64,000 nt of DNA from Eledone cirrhosa. Lineage: Eukaryota. The notes beneath the pieces are model-generated. The model did not search any database. It was not told where the DNA came from and worked only from the letters and a program-made list of their open reading frames with translations. Numbering within the stretch: position 1 is the first letter of the stretch; each line of letters begins with the position of its first letter. Shown here piece after piece: positions 41,680 to 54,941 of this stretch. Both the position numbers and the translations under genes were made by a program. The stretch lies in assembly GCA_964016885.1 (NCBI GenBank), contig OZ024742.1, positions 326,430,001 to 326,494,000 of the forward strand, read 5' to 3'.

Positions 41680-42235
41680 TGGAAAAAATGAAACGAAATT
41701 TCATTTCTCACTCTTAGTACGGCTGTTACTTAAATATAAGTATGTATACGTACATAAATATATGTATACAGACATACAGTAGTATGCATATATATGCATA
41801 CATGCACACATATATATATGTACGTACAGATTTACCGAACATTTATTATAATGCTCGGTTTGTTTGTAAACAAACATCCCGAATTAAGCCGTACAGTGTT
41901 TAGCAACCATCGTTGCCCTTTTGTTCAACACTGACAAAGTATATACTTTCAGACGTTCAATCATCTGGCAGGAAGGTATGCGGTGCTGACAATAGCTAAT
42001 AAGCTTGAAACTAGTACATCGTTGCTTTGTCAGTGTTGAACAAAAGGGCAACGATGGTTGCTAAACACTGTACGGCTTAATTCGGGATGTTTGTTTACAA
42101 ACAAACCGAGCATTATAATAAATGTTCGGTAAATCCGTACGTATATATATATATGTGTGCATGTATGTATATATTCAGATACTACTGTATGTATGTATAC
42201 ATATATCTATGTACGTATACATACTTATATATATA
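41680..42235. mobile_element. Family H3 element in inverted configuration within (TA)n
   Basis: ~210 bp inverted repeat (~41728-41939 vs ~42025-42232), homologous to 23389-24019. Confidence 0.8.
41980..42022 (+). ncRNA. Hammerhead ribozyme family H3 (G8>A mutant)
   Basis: GCGGTG-CTGACAA-TAGCT(AATA)AGCTT-GAA-ACTAGT-A|CATCGT. Confidence 0.65.
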
Positions 42236-42789
42236 TTATTTCTTATCATTTTAGTTTCACTTTTTTTTAAGATTGAATTTAAAACGGAAAATATATAATT
42301 CATAATCCCCACCTTTAAATAACATTCTGCAATACACTGCAACATAAATTTAAACTTTTTCTTTGCTCTTCTTTATTTTGTTTATTATATATTAACTAAG
42401 ATTTGTAATGTAAAACGAAGTAAGCATTAAATATCTTGACTCTTTTAAACAATTTTTATGAACATATTTTTTAGCTACTTATACTACATTTTTGTTTAGC
42501 AACATTAAAAAGGTATACAAAATTTGTTATTAACTCTTTAAAGACATGCTTACTTTCAAATCGAATAAGGGTTACGTAGGAAATAATCATATTTTAAAGA
42601 ATAAATTACTCTGAGATGCTATCTGCATGGAAAACAGTTAGTGTTGCACTTATTATTTTACATCCATTTATTTATGTTTTTCACTCTTTGCTAGAGCTAC
42701 TTTCATAATCTGGGAGTAAAACTGTCCGCTCTAGATGGAAAACACGTGTAACGCAGGGATAATCTCAAGCTGCTGCTGGTGGTATTCAT

Positions 42790-42925
42790 TTTCACTTGAA
42801 TTAAATGGAATAACGAGAAATAAAGTGCCTTGCTCAAGGACACAACGTGCCACACAGTCTGGATATCGAGCCCATGATATTATGATTGTGGGCTCGACAC
42901 ATCGAAGTGCTAAGACACGGGCCTT
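42790..42925 (-). mobile_element. tRNA-derived SINE family B (diverged)
   Basis: Reverse complement contains GTGTCCTTGAGCAAGGCACTTTATTTC core. Confidence 0.65.
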
Positions 42926-43079
42926 CACACAAGTTTGTCCAAACATCTAATCATTAGTATAAACACGCCTTTGTTATATTTTACACTTGGCCTGGGCTTG
43001 TTACCACCTTGAAGAGCAAAGACTTTACAACTGTCTTGAACCTCTTTCTATATTTCCACAGGGCTGAACCTAACTAATT

Positions 43080-43895
43080 TATTGTCTGTTACATCCAAAG
43101 GAACTGGCATAAATTCTATAAATTCTACACAATGCAGATATTGGGTACAAAATACATGTAGTGGGATAGCTGGCAAAGTAACAGGTAGAGAGAAATACGA
43201 ATGCAGTAGATGTACAGGGAAATTTGACAGTAGAAGTCGCATTGATAGACACATTTTTCAAATGCATGTAGGTGCTATAGAGGTGGTTGATAGCTTCCGG
43301 TACATAGCGATCAGATTAGTATGGGAAGTGGGGTGTTCCGAGGCCATAGTATCTAGAATAAAGACGGGTTGGAAGAAGTTTAGGGAGCGGCTTCCTCTGC
43401 TGACGAAGAAGTGTTTCTCCCTGCGTACGAAAGGCCGGTTATATGATGCCTGTGTGAGGTGCGCGATGCTGCATGGTAGTGAGACATGGGCAGCAACTGC
43501 AGAGGATATGCGACGGCTGGAAAGAAATGAGGCAAACATGCTCCGTTGGATGTGCAATGTCAATATGCGTGAACGGCCGAGCATGGATGTGTTGACAGAG
43601 AAACTGTGTCTGAGGAAGATAAACTGTTGTGTGAGGGAGAGGAGACTGCCATGGACATGTGATGCGCATGGAGGATGATCGATGGGTGAAGAAGTGCCAA
43701 GAAATGCCAGTTGAAGGAAGACGTAGTAGAGGAAGACCACGAAAAACATGGGCGGAGGTGGTGAGAGCAGACCTCAGATCGCTGAAGCTCACAGTGGAGA
43801 TGACGAAGTACCGTGACAAGTGGAGAGATGCTGTGCTGAATAGGAATCGTCCCACCCTTGCAAGCAGGGTAAAGCGACGTAAAATGATGATGATG
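43080..43895 (+). mobile_element. RTE-clade LINE 3' fragment (family 1) with Cys-rich zinc-finger-like segment
   Basis: ORF 43082-43678 (QCRYWVQNTCSGI..YECSRC..EVVDSFRY..LHGSETW) plus frameshifted GRRSRGRPRKTW; (TGA)n tail. Confidence 0.9.
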
Positions 43896-44254
43896 AACAC
43901 TCTTTTGAGACTTGCAAAGAATAATCATTTTTCCTAAACCCTTTGTTATTGTTTGGAGTGAGAGATATGATGGAAAGATTAGTTATAGACATATAATAAT
44001 GATTCACATTGATATATTAGATAGTACACTGTGGTTCTGGAAGCTATATAAGCTTCGAATACTAATGTGTTCCTTCACCTTGGGAAAATCTCCTCTAATA
44101 TACCGTGGCTTATTGTCTCTGTTAACAGAAACATTACTTTCTTATTGCACAGCCTACAAAGGAAGATATAACTATCTGATAATATAAAAATCACATTAAC
44201 AGTTCTTGGGCTACAGTTCAGGTCATATCATTTATTTTGCACTATATCCATACC

Positions 44255-44510
44255 AGGCGCGAGGCTTAGTGGTAAGGGTTTTTGACTTGCGATCGTAATG
44301 TCGTTGATTCGATTCCTGGGCTGGGTTGCGTGTTGTATTCTTGTGCAAAACACTTTATTTCACAATGCTCCAGTATATTCAGCTGAAAATGCGTACCACC
44401 AATAGCTGAGAGTTTAACCCTGCGATGGACTGGCGTCCTGTTCAGGTGGGAGTCATGTACTCTCAGTCGATTCAGCCAGGAGCCTTCTGGCTTAAGATAG
44501 ACTTTAGATA
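44255..44510 (+). mobile_element. tRNA-derived SINE family B
   Basis: A-box-like GGCTTAGTGG, B-box-like ATTCGATTCC, TTGTGCAAAACACTTTATTTCAC core. Confidence 0.75.
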
Positions 44511-45154
44511 TATCCATAACAAGATTTTGTTGTTAATTGAAATTGTCCACGAAACAATATACAGATCCTTAGAAGGTTGCGGTTCACTAGTACATGGTGG
44601 TGAATTAGTTGATCCTTAGCAAAACGGATTAATTTTTTTCTGTATTTTTACGGCCTTCTCCGCATTAGGATCAGATCCCGTCGACGTCAACTTTGCCTTT
44701 AATCGTTTCGGTATCGATAAACAAAGCACAGCTGCAGGGGTTGTGGAATTGTGTGTTCAGAGTTCAAATATGACCTACTGTCACAGTAGTTACGTCCAGA
44801 AATTAAAAGGCTATCAGAAATGGAAAGGCCAAAAGAAATATAGTTTCAATGGTCCGGCTCCTAATACAAGACAGCACCATAATAACTAACCAATACCTCA
44901 TTAACTTATTATACTAACTTGCAGCCCAACAGTAAAGTTATTTTAGCAGTGAATGACAGACCTTTTCAGTAAATCCTACTTAGCAAATCATGAAAGAATT
45001 ACACCAGCAAATTGGTATAGTTGTAAGGCGTCAGATAGAATGTTTTTGCAGTATTCATTCCAACTCTTTGAGTTCAAACCCTGCCGAGACTAACATTGCT
45101 TTCAAGTCTTTGTGGTTCAATAAACGAAGTACAAATCAAGTAATTGGATCGATT

Positions 45155-45203
<49 letters not shown>

Positions 45204-45955
45204 TCTCTCTCTCTCTCTTTCTTTCTCTCATGTACTGAATCGGCGTCTCTCTCTCAGAATCGGCTATGTTAAAAGGCCAAGACATGAGCATTTTCATCGT
45301 GACCCCAAAAGTCTTTGCACGATTACACACTATGTGGAGATGAAAAGAAAAATCACATCCTTATTAAATAATCATTAAGAATTCATTCTGTCACGACACC
45401 TCATAATGTGAGCTACATAAAAAAACTACCACACCTTGTTTCGGAAAAAAAAGTATATTGTCTATAAAGCTTTATTGAAAAGGAAAAAGTAAGAAAAAAT
45501 GTTGCTGACAATAAAGATTCTCATACGACACAATATAATCTAGTTTGAAATCGCTTCTGGTTATTACACACTTTGATATTTGCTAACAAACTTAATACTT
45601 TTTTCTACATTTTGTCAATGGTTATTGTGAGACGAAATAAAAAGCAGTTTCTATAGATATATCATTTATAGACCTATCGTAATTACCACAACCTACACTA
45701 AAAATGGAAGACGAAAAGGAAATTGTATAAGTAGTTTTATACACGAACTGTACATAATAAAATTATTCTGCCATGAATTTGGGCTATTGAAACGTTGACT
45801 CAGAGGAAATGATTCTAAGAATTGTAAATAGAAATTAAGATACACCTCTACATTTACAAATTTTCTATTTCATCACTTCTCTTTATTTGATCATTATAAT
45901 GTGATTGAGATTGGACTCCCCCTTTCTTCCACCCCCCACCCCCCTCTCTATACAT

Positions 45956-46170
<215 letters not shown>

Positions 46171-47679
46171 GCAAGCAATGTTTGTAGCCAGATCGTCAGG
46201 GGAATGAATTACAAATGGCTGAAACATACTCAGAGAAACATCTCGTTTGAAAGAGTGGGTGAATATACGGAACGACGAGAAAGTGTACAATTGTGTTTCC
46301 AGGAAGAAAGTAATCATTTCTTAAATGCAAGCGTCTCCTGAAAATCTCACTTTTAGAGTTGGGGTATTCATTACAAAATATTAAGCTTGGAATATTCTAT
46401 CTTTCTGACCCGTACAAAGCCCAGATTTTGGTAATTGAACATGTTTCGCTAGAGAAGTCGTAGTTTTTATTTTAGGGTGTCTGAAGATCCACACATTCAA
46501 GTAATATCGTTGTTTAATCATGTGTTTAGCGATACCCAGATATTTTTCTGCCCACTACTTGGGTGGTGTTATCATATATAGCTTTTGCTTTCGTTTGACC
46601 ATTTGTAAGAGCCATGACAATATGGCTCGTAACAATAGCTCGAATTTATGGAATATTGACAAACCATGAAACTAATGCTTACGCAAGCAGCTTTCAAGTA
46701 TACAAATTATAATATATATATATATATATGTGTGTGTGTCTGTGTGTGTATTTGTGCCTGCGTGTGTGTGTGTCTATAAGTGCATGTATGTATAGATGTG
46801 TATTTATATATATGTATATATATATATATATATGTGTGGGTATGTGTGGGTGGGTGGGGGGGCGTGTGTGCGTGTGTACGTGTGTGTGTGTTTGGTAAAC
46901 ACATGAAGTTAGCGTCGAAGTGATGATTGATTCAAGAAAACAAGCAATAATTTTAAACTATATTCACTTCTGTTAAAACTATAATTAGTTATACTAACTA
47001 AATCAACTTTCGAATTGCACATATGCAGACATCGTCTCAGTTCATGTTTTCATTGTCTTTGTTTATTATGTTTAAGAAACCTATATCAACCATTTAATGT
47101 AATCGTTTTTGGAGAATATTTGTTTGAATATAGTCAATGGGCTCATAGTGAGTTATATTTCTTTTAAATCACATACTAAGTATTATATCTGATGTTCTAT
47201 CGCAAAGACGGGTAGTGAAGGTTTAGGATCGGTTGAGCCCTGGTATTTAGAGATGAGATTTCTTTCTTAAAACTTGTGGTGTTATCCCATCTGAAAATGA
47301 AATAGAATTGAAGTTGTTGTTCTTGTTCTTATCGTCTTCCTCGTTGCCGTCATCGTTGTTGTGTTGTTATTATTTTCATCGTTGTTGTGTTATTGTGCTG
47401 TTATGGTTAGGTTAACATTTGTACCACAAATCTTTAATAAAACGCATTCATGTCCTGGTCATCTCGTCATATTTTAAGGGATATGTAAGAAGGATACATT
47501 TTTAAATGAGTTCTTTTATAGATGAACGAATTCGATTTGAAGTAACTTTGGTTAAAATCTTTGTCATTCAGTCATCTTACCTGTTTGCAATGTCTGTAGC
47601 TCGTCGCGTATTATGATTCGACGACATATGGATCATATGAGCATATGCGTATACATATGTATACATACATACACATACC

Positions 47680-48040
<361 letters not shown>

Positions 48041-48042
48041 AA

Positions 48043-48160
48043 GGCGTGTGGCTGAGTGGTTAGAGAATTGGATTCGCAATCGTAAGGTTGTGAGTTCGAT
48101 TCCTGGACCAGGTGATGCGTTATGTCCTTGAGCAAGACACTTTATTTCACGTTGCTCCTT
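48043..48160 (+). mobile_element. tRNA-derived SINE family B head
   Basis: A box TGGCTGAGTGG, B box GTTCGATTCC, then TCCTTGAGCAAGACACTTTATTTCAC. Confidence 0.8.
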
Positions 48161-48292
48161 CTACCTGGAGTTGCGACCGATAGATAGTATTAGCAATTGG
48201 AAAGACTAACGGAAACATTATTCCCTCGGTCCGATTTGACGAAAGTCGATCGTTCCTTAAATATATATATATATATATATCAGGAAGGGTGT

Positions 48293-48330
<38 letters not shown>

Positions 48331-48348
48331 GTAGTAGAGTGGGTAATA

Positions 48349-48447
48349 TGGGCTCCGGCTGTTTCGACAACTAGATCCGAACTAGTTTAGTTTGGATCTA
48401 GCTGTCGAAATGGCCGGAGCCCAGCCGTAGGGGTCCCGAATCTTTTC
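48349..48447 (+). mobile_element. Family H9 fold-back island in (TA)n
   Basis: Inverted repeat 48349-48383 / 48389-48422; GAA-ATGGCCGG(AGC)CCAGCCGT-A|GGGG. Confidence 0.6.
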
Positions 48448-48458
48448 ATATATATATT

Positions 48459-48495
<37 letters not shown>

Positions 48496-48502
48496 TTGTG
48501 TA

Positions 48503-48537
<35 letters not shown>

Positions 48538-48622
48538 AGGTGGGTGGGGGTGGGTGTATGTGTGATATTGGTTAGGTCACAAATCTTGTTACACTGGATT
48601 TTCACCAGTAGAACTTGCTAAA

Positions 48623-48666
<44 letters not shown>

Positions 48667-48765
48667 CTAGGGAGTGTAACTAGAAGTTACTGCAGGTTCA
48701 CCCGGGGGAGCACTCGATGTTTAGGTTCACTTCTGTGTTGAGGTATAGAGCTATACAGAGTGTAA

Positions 48766-49057
48766 TATATTGAAAGGATAACAAGGACGATTGGTTACTC
48801 CTTCATTACATTTATTGGTAGGTGACGCGCGTTTCGCCACTGATCAGCTCAAGATTCGATCTGTATCGATCTTTCCCGACTCTATAATCAGCAGCTCGAC
48901 GGACCCTTTAAAATGCTAGTAAAGGGTCCGTCGAGTTGCTGCTTATAGAGTCGGGTAAGATCGATACAGATCAAACCTTGAGCTGATCAGTGGCGAAACG
49001 CGCGTCACCTACCAATAAATGTAATGAAGGAGTAACTAATCGTCCTTGTTATCCTTT

Positions 49058-49066
<9 letters not shown>
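48766..49066. mobile_element. Fold-back pLTR-like element (family H10)
   Basis: ~140 bp inverted arms meeting near 48915; each has GGC-GAAACGCGCGTC then AATAAA; flanked by (TA)n. Confidence 0.7.
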
Positions 49067-49095
<29 letters not shown>

Positions 49096-49105
49096 CGTGG
49101 CGTGG

Positions 49106-49136
<31 letters not shown>

Positions 49137-49477
49137 CGAGGAGAGAGAGAGTGAAATAGTTTCTCCTCTCTACTACTTCCTGTTCCTACTGTTCCAGTTA
49201 ATACAAATTTCCGGTTTAAACGTATTTTAGTAGATAGAGGTTTACATTTAAACTGATTATACTGTGCGGTTTGGGCTGTATAAAACTTGATATGAATTAA
49301 AAGTTCAGTATATAAATTAGTATGAGAGAGAAAGGCAGAGAAACAGAGAGAGAATGTAAGATGAAACAGATAGAAAATGTGTGGATGAAAGAAATATATG
49401 TTGATACTTGTGAATTGTTCGTGAAATAAGTAACATGTTTTGAAATATTGTGGTATATACCACAATTTTTATTGTGC

Positions 49478-49632
<155 letters not shown>

Positions 49633-49907
49633 GAGAGAGAGAGAGAGAGAATAAAAAATGCGAAGTAGTTTCAGATGTTAAAGTCCTTTAATGATAATGC
49701 TGTAATACATATTGCCATGACGACAGTGGCCACACGAATCCGTGTACCAAGAGCCGTGACATCATCAGACAGCTTCTTACATAATAAGGTTATGTTCCCG
49801 AGCAATCTAAATTATATCGACAAGGGAAAGGACAAAGCCCGTGTACTTGAGTCCTTCGCCCGTTCCCTTATACATATATATATATATATATAGGTATGTA
49901 TATATAT

Positions 49908-49971
<64 letters not shown>

Positions 49972-49992
49972 ACACATACATATATATGTATA

Positions 49993-50070
49993 CAGGGTGC
50001 CCCAAAATAATGTACACACATATTTATTAGAATGCGGTTGAAGTGAGTATATAATTTTTGGGACCCTCTG
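49993..50070. mobile_element. Small MITE copy, TA-flanked
   Basis: TA|CAGGGTGCCCC..GGGACCCTCTG|TA; internal sequence is the reverse complement of 10861-10960. Confidence 0.68.
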
Positions 50071-50630
50071 TATATACATATATATAACACAATCTTTCAA
50101 TACGTGTCTTTTACGTATGCTGGCCTCCTTGATGTTAAGCAATTAGTAGTACTTCTTCCTTGGACACGATCATGTGATGTATTTTGGTATGATATTAAAA
50201 AGAGCAAGGCCAGATGAGGTGAAATTGTTGTGTCGTAATGTTGTTATGAGATGCGAGATACGTGTTTGTGGTGGACGGATAGCACGGAGACGAAAGCTTG
50301 GATGGGTTTTACGTTTGGTACCAAAATCATTTGTGCAATATATTACTCATCATTCAAATCGTATGGGCTTCATGGTGACGTTGAAACGTTGAAGAAAGTC
50401 GAGTTTTCATTTTTCTAGTCGACCCCAATAGCCAATGCCTTATATGTCGTCTATATTTTTAGTAATTGAACCCCGGTGTGCTTCAACCTTCATATTATTG
50501 TATTTCCTGTAAGGAGACCATATTGAACATCAATATTCAAGGTACCGTGCATGGTAGAGACGTGATGGATAACGGCGTGAATATCACAAGACATTTCCTG
50601 TGGCCGATGCTCACTATGTTTATATGGGTG

Positions 50631-50702
<72 letters not shown>

Positions 50703-50756
50703 AAATAATATTATTATTATATACATAACTATAAATAATATTATATATATATATAT

Positions 50757-50935
50757 AAGTTTATCCCAGGTTCAATGGGGGGTAACCACAGTAAGTAAGG
50801 TACTCAATACAAAGTATAAATATTTAATGCAGTAAGGCTTCTACAGGATTAGAACTGTTTCATTCCGGAGAAATTGGCTTCCTGATGATTTCTCCGGAAG
50901 GAAACAATTCTAGTCCTGCAGAAGCCTTTCCACAT

Positions 50936-50940
<5 letters not shown>
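50757..50940 (-). mobile_element. Family H2 hammerhead element
   Basis: Fold-back 50835-50927 with GGCTTC-CTGATGA-TTTC(TCCG)GAAG-GAA..A|GAAGCC at 50876-50926; inside (TA)n. Confidence 0.78.
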
Positions 50941-50970
<30 letters not shown>

Positions 50971-50973
<3 letters not shown>

Positions 50974-51578
50974 GGCTGCCAACTCGTTTTCGAGTACGGC
51001 TACTACTTTATATCCACGTAGGAGAACCCCTACCGATGCGCTGAACGAGTGTGACATTTTAGTCCAGCCACCGACTTGAAAACTCTGGTACAAACACTAC
51101 ACTTGTCACAATTACTGATACATAGTGCTGGGCCCATGGTACCATGTGACGACAAGTGCAGAGAGATCTCCAGATATAAAGCAATGCCTGTGCCGTGAAG
51201 CTTTTATAGTGAGCAAAGGCACTGCACAAAGCCAGTCCCACTCTCTTAACCAAGATGATATTTACCAAAAAGACGAACAAGTCAACATCATTGGATACCA
51301 TCAGGGTTGCAGGTGTTATATCAGAGTTTTCCTTCTCCTAGAATTCTGCCTTGACAAAGGCTAAAGGGTCATCTCTCCCGGTGATTTTGGATGGCCATTG
51401 ACTCTTAAGAGCGCCTTTGCCCTTTGACAGGTTTTGGTTTTAGTCCTGCAGGATGTCCAAAGTCACCCTCCTCACCAAGAAACCTTGGTGGGGTTGCCAG
51501 TTTAGTCGCAAACGCCCGACCATGAGACAGGTTGTATTGGGATACATGTTACCAGTAGCACCAACTGGTGACCTGACA
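50971..51578 (-). mobile_element. Second copy of the ~610 bp non-coding retroposon
   Basis: Colinear with 28751-29360. Confidence 0.7.
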
Positions 51579-51758
51579 TACATATATATACATACATACA
51601 TACATATCTATATATCTAAAACAGAGAATGTCTGTCTGTCTGACTCCCTAAGACTAGAGAACCACCCAACCGATTATTTTTAAACTTTACACATGTAATA
51701 CTTATGGTCCTGTGAGTGTTTTGAGCAAAGAATATTTCAAATTTTCAATGCCCTGTTA

Positions 51759-51804
<46 letters not shown>

Positions 51805-51816
51805 CAAGAGATGTCA

Positions 51817-52022
51817 ACATGAATGTACCTATTATTTTTATCTAAAGACATTTTTTCCAATTCCATCCCACCCACCCCCTTGATCTATTTTATTTCTCAT
51901 TCTTTCTTCTGATGAAGGACTAGCGTCCGAAACGTTAAGACCCGCTTCCTGCTATATCAAGCGTTAACCTAATATATACCTTCCATATACTGTACCGATT
52001 GTGTTGTTATTTCTGTTTACCT

Positions 52023-52030
<8 letters not shown>
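51817..52030 (+). mobile_element. ~210 bp family H6 hammerhead element in a (TA)n tract inside the Helitron
   Basis: Homologous to 55866-56076, 37817-38030, 30793-31110. Confidence 0.8.
51905..51940 (+). ncRNA. Minimal type I hammerhead ribozyme (family H6)
   Basis: TCTT-CTGATGA-A-GGAC(TAGC)GTCC-GAA-ACGT-T|AAGA; loopless palindromic stem III; GUU site. Confidence 0.85.
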
Positions 52031-52055
<25 letters not shown>

Positions 52056-53198
52056 ATATATTCGTGTACAGATATTTTTGCATACACAATAACAACATAT
52101 AAACAAACGTATTTATTTCACGAGGCTCAACAGTAGCAAAAACAACACCAAAAAAGAGAGGGAACGCATTTACATGCTTCTGAAAAATCTTAATGGAAAA
52201 TGATTTGCCTATTCACCCAGGCGACTTCACTTGTTATTAGGACTTCTGCATCAATTGGTGAACATACGACGAAACTGTCTCAGAAAGGAGGGATAAACAT
52301 GCCAATCTATGTTTAGAATCCCGAGCAACGCCGGGTCATTCTGCTAGTCTATACATCTAAAACAGGGAATGTCTGTCTATCTATCTGTCTGTCTGTCTGT
52401 CTGTCTGTCTCCCTAAAACTCAAGAACCACCAAACCGATTTTTTTCAATTTTTACACATGTAATACTTATGGTTGTGTGAGTGTTTTGAGCAAAACATAT
52501 TTCAAATTTTCAATGCCCTAGGGACCGTATTAGAGGCTTTTTTTAGGCATAACAGAACAATAATCCAGGCTATTTCTTCAATATTTGCATTACTTATGTC
52601 GCTTAAAGTGTTTTGAGCAAAAAGGATTTTCTCATTTTTTGCCCCAGGACCGCATTATGCGAAAAACCGATTTTTTAAAAGCATTTTGGTCGTGTTAGGG
52701 CCTGTAACTCGAGAAGGACCCAACCGATATTTTTTTAACTTTGCATATGCATTACTTATGTTTCACAAATTTTTCTGACTGAATAAGATTTCAAAATTTT
52801 TCCCGGGGACCGCATTGTTTAGCATTTTGGTTACGTTAGGGCCTGTAACCTTAAAAGTATCCAACTAAATTCCTTCATGCTCTCCACCACTGCAATCCCA
52901 CATGCTTACTGATCTGTAACTATTGCTTTCATTGTACCATAGCACAACAAATCGGTTTGTCGAATACCTTTTTACTTAACCCTATCGTCTTGGCTTTCGT
53001 GAGTTGAACATTTTACACTCAGGCACCCAATTAAGTTAAACCCCTGGTAATCTATGACGAATTTTTTTTATAAGCATAAAATGTAGACACCATCCCCAGG
53101 CCGAGGTATTCCGTACTTCTCTGTACTGTTTCAGAAAGGAGGGATAAACATGCCAATCTATGTATAAAATCCCGAGCAACGCCGGGCCATTCTGCTAG

Positions 53199-53290
<92 letters not shown>

Positions 53291-53294
53291 TACA

Positions 53295-53375
<81 letters not shown>

Positions 53376-53606
53376 GCATACATACATACATACATACATG
53401 CATGCATACATACATACATACATACATACATACATGCATGCATGCATGCATGCATACATACATACATACATACATACATACATACATACATACATACATA
53501 CATACATACATACATACATACATACATACATAATACATACATACATACATACATACATACATACATACATACATACATACATACATACATACATACATAC
53601 ATACAT
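53199..53606. repeat. (TA)n/(CATA)n microsatellite
   Basis: Seen directly. Confidence 0.97.
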
Positions 53607-54174
53607 TTGTATATATAACTGTACTACAGATCTGTAATAATAGACAGTTTGAATAATTTCACCTTCTATTTGATCCGAAAGTCAACCTAATTATATAATT
53701 CTACTATCATACCACCATTTTATCTCTACTATATTTATTTTTATCTATTTATTTTTGAAAACCTTTACCATTTTAAATATTCCATTTGGCCAATAATTTA
53801 TTTTGAATAACAAACACTCTTCTGACATTTCAAAATTTCCCCCCAGGGATTTGACATACACACACTCTTCGTGGAATGCCCTCACTCACATTTCCTTCAT
53901 CTATCTTGTTTTGTTTTTTAACAGACAGATCATTTTGATAACTCGCCCACAAAGTCATATGGAGGAGCATCTAGGAAATCACGCGTAATGCTAGATAGAA
54001 AAGCAAAATCTTTCTCAATTCCCTCTTTCCCTCTTAACAAAAGCAGCAACTCTAACAACATCACTGACAAACAAACTCTATAGTTTTGCCAATCTTTCCT
54101 ACTTTCATTCACATGTATGCACATAATAATTGAGATAAACGAAGTTATATGTATTTACATATATATGTGTGTGG

Positions 54175-54230
<56 letters not shown>

Positions 54231-54304
54231 GCGAAAGGTCGACAAGGAAACATAACATGGGAGAACAATACAATACAATTATATCTATTAAATTAATGCT
54301 TGAT

Positions 54305-54306
54305 AT

Positions 54307-54402
<96 letters not shown>

Positions 54403-54413
54403 GATAGATAGAT
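54305..54413. repeat. (GATA)n microsatellite
   Basis: Seen directly. Confidence 0.95.
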
Positions 54414-54750
54414 TCATATATATATATATATATATGTGTGTGGGGGGTGCATTAAGAGAGAGAAACTCATATGTAAATTCGTATGTATGGAAAATAATAG
54501 CACGACTATGTTCGAGTTTCTTTTGTCTTTCTACTATATTGGAAACCACTTAAACATCTAAATATTACCTCAATACCCGTTTGGATTATGTAGGAGTATG
54601 TCGTCTCTTTAATACCTATTAAGAATCTGGCATACTATTATATTACGAGACTAACTACAGTATATCATAGAAAGTAGGATATTCTAACATTTATTCTTTC
54701 AATTATTACGGTAGATAGAGCCTTTCCTTTCTTTTGCTCATATGTGATTT

Positions 54751-54941
54751 AATAATTGTTTCTACGTTTGGCACAAGGCCAGCAATTACCCAGTGCATTA
54801 CTGGTACTTTATTTTATCGACCCCGTAAGGATGAAAGGCAAAGTTAACCTCGACGGGATTTGAACTCAGATCGTAAAGGGACGTAACTATGCTGGAAAGC
54901 ATGGCGTCCGACCTTCCACTGATACTGCCAAATCACCGCCA
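54751..54941 (-). mobile_element. SINE family A
   Basis: Full reverse-complement copy. Confidence 0.9.

Larger units (their letters stand above)
51607..53198 (+). mobile_element. Head-to-tail dimer of non-autonomous Helitrons
   Basis: A|TCTATATATCTAAAACAG start at 51607; CCCGAGCAACGCCGGG hairpin and CTAG ending 52347, immediately followed by TCTATACATCTAAAACAG; second hairpin and CTAG|T ending 53198. Confidence 0.85.

Noticed and set aside
46180-46690. Possible mariner transposase remnant (HSPDDLA on the minus strand, similar to YSPDLAP)
   Set aside because: Single weak motif, no open frame or TIRs found
48043-48115. tRNA gene
   Set aside because: A and B boxes are present, but there is no acceptor stem and it runs into a SINE core; it is a SINE head
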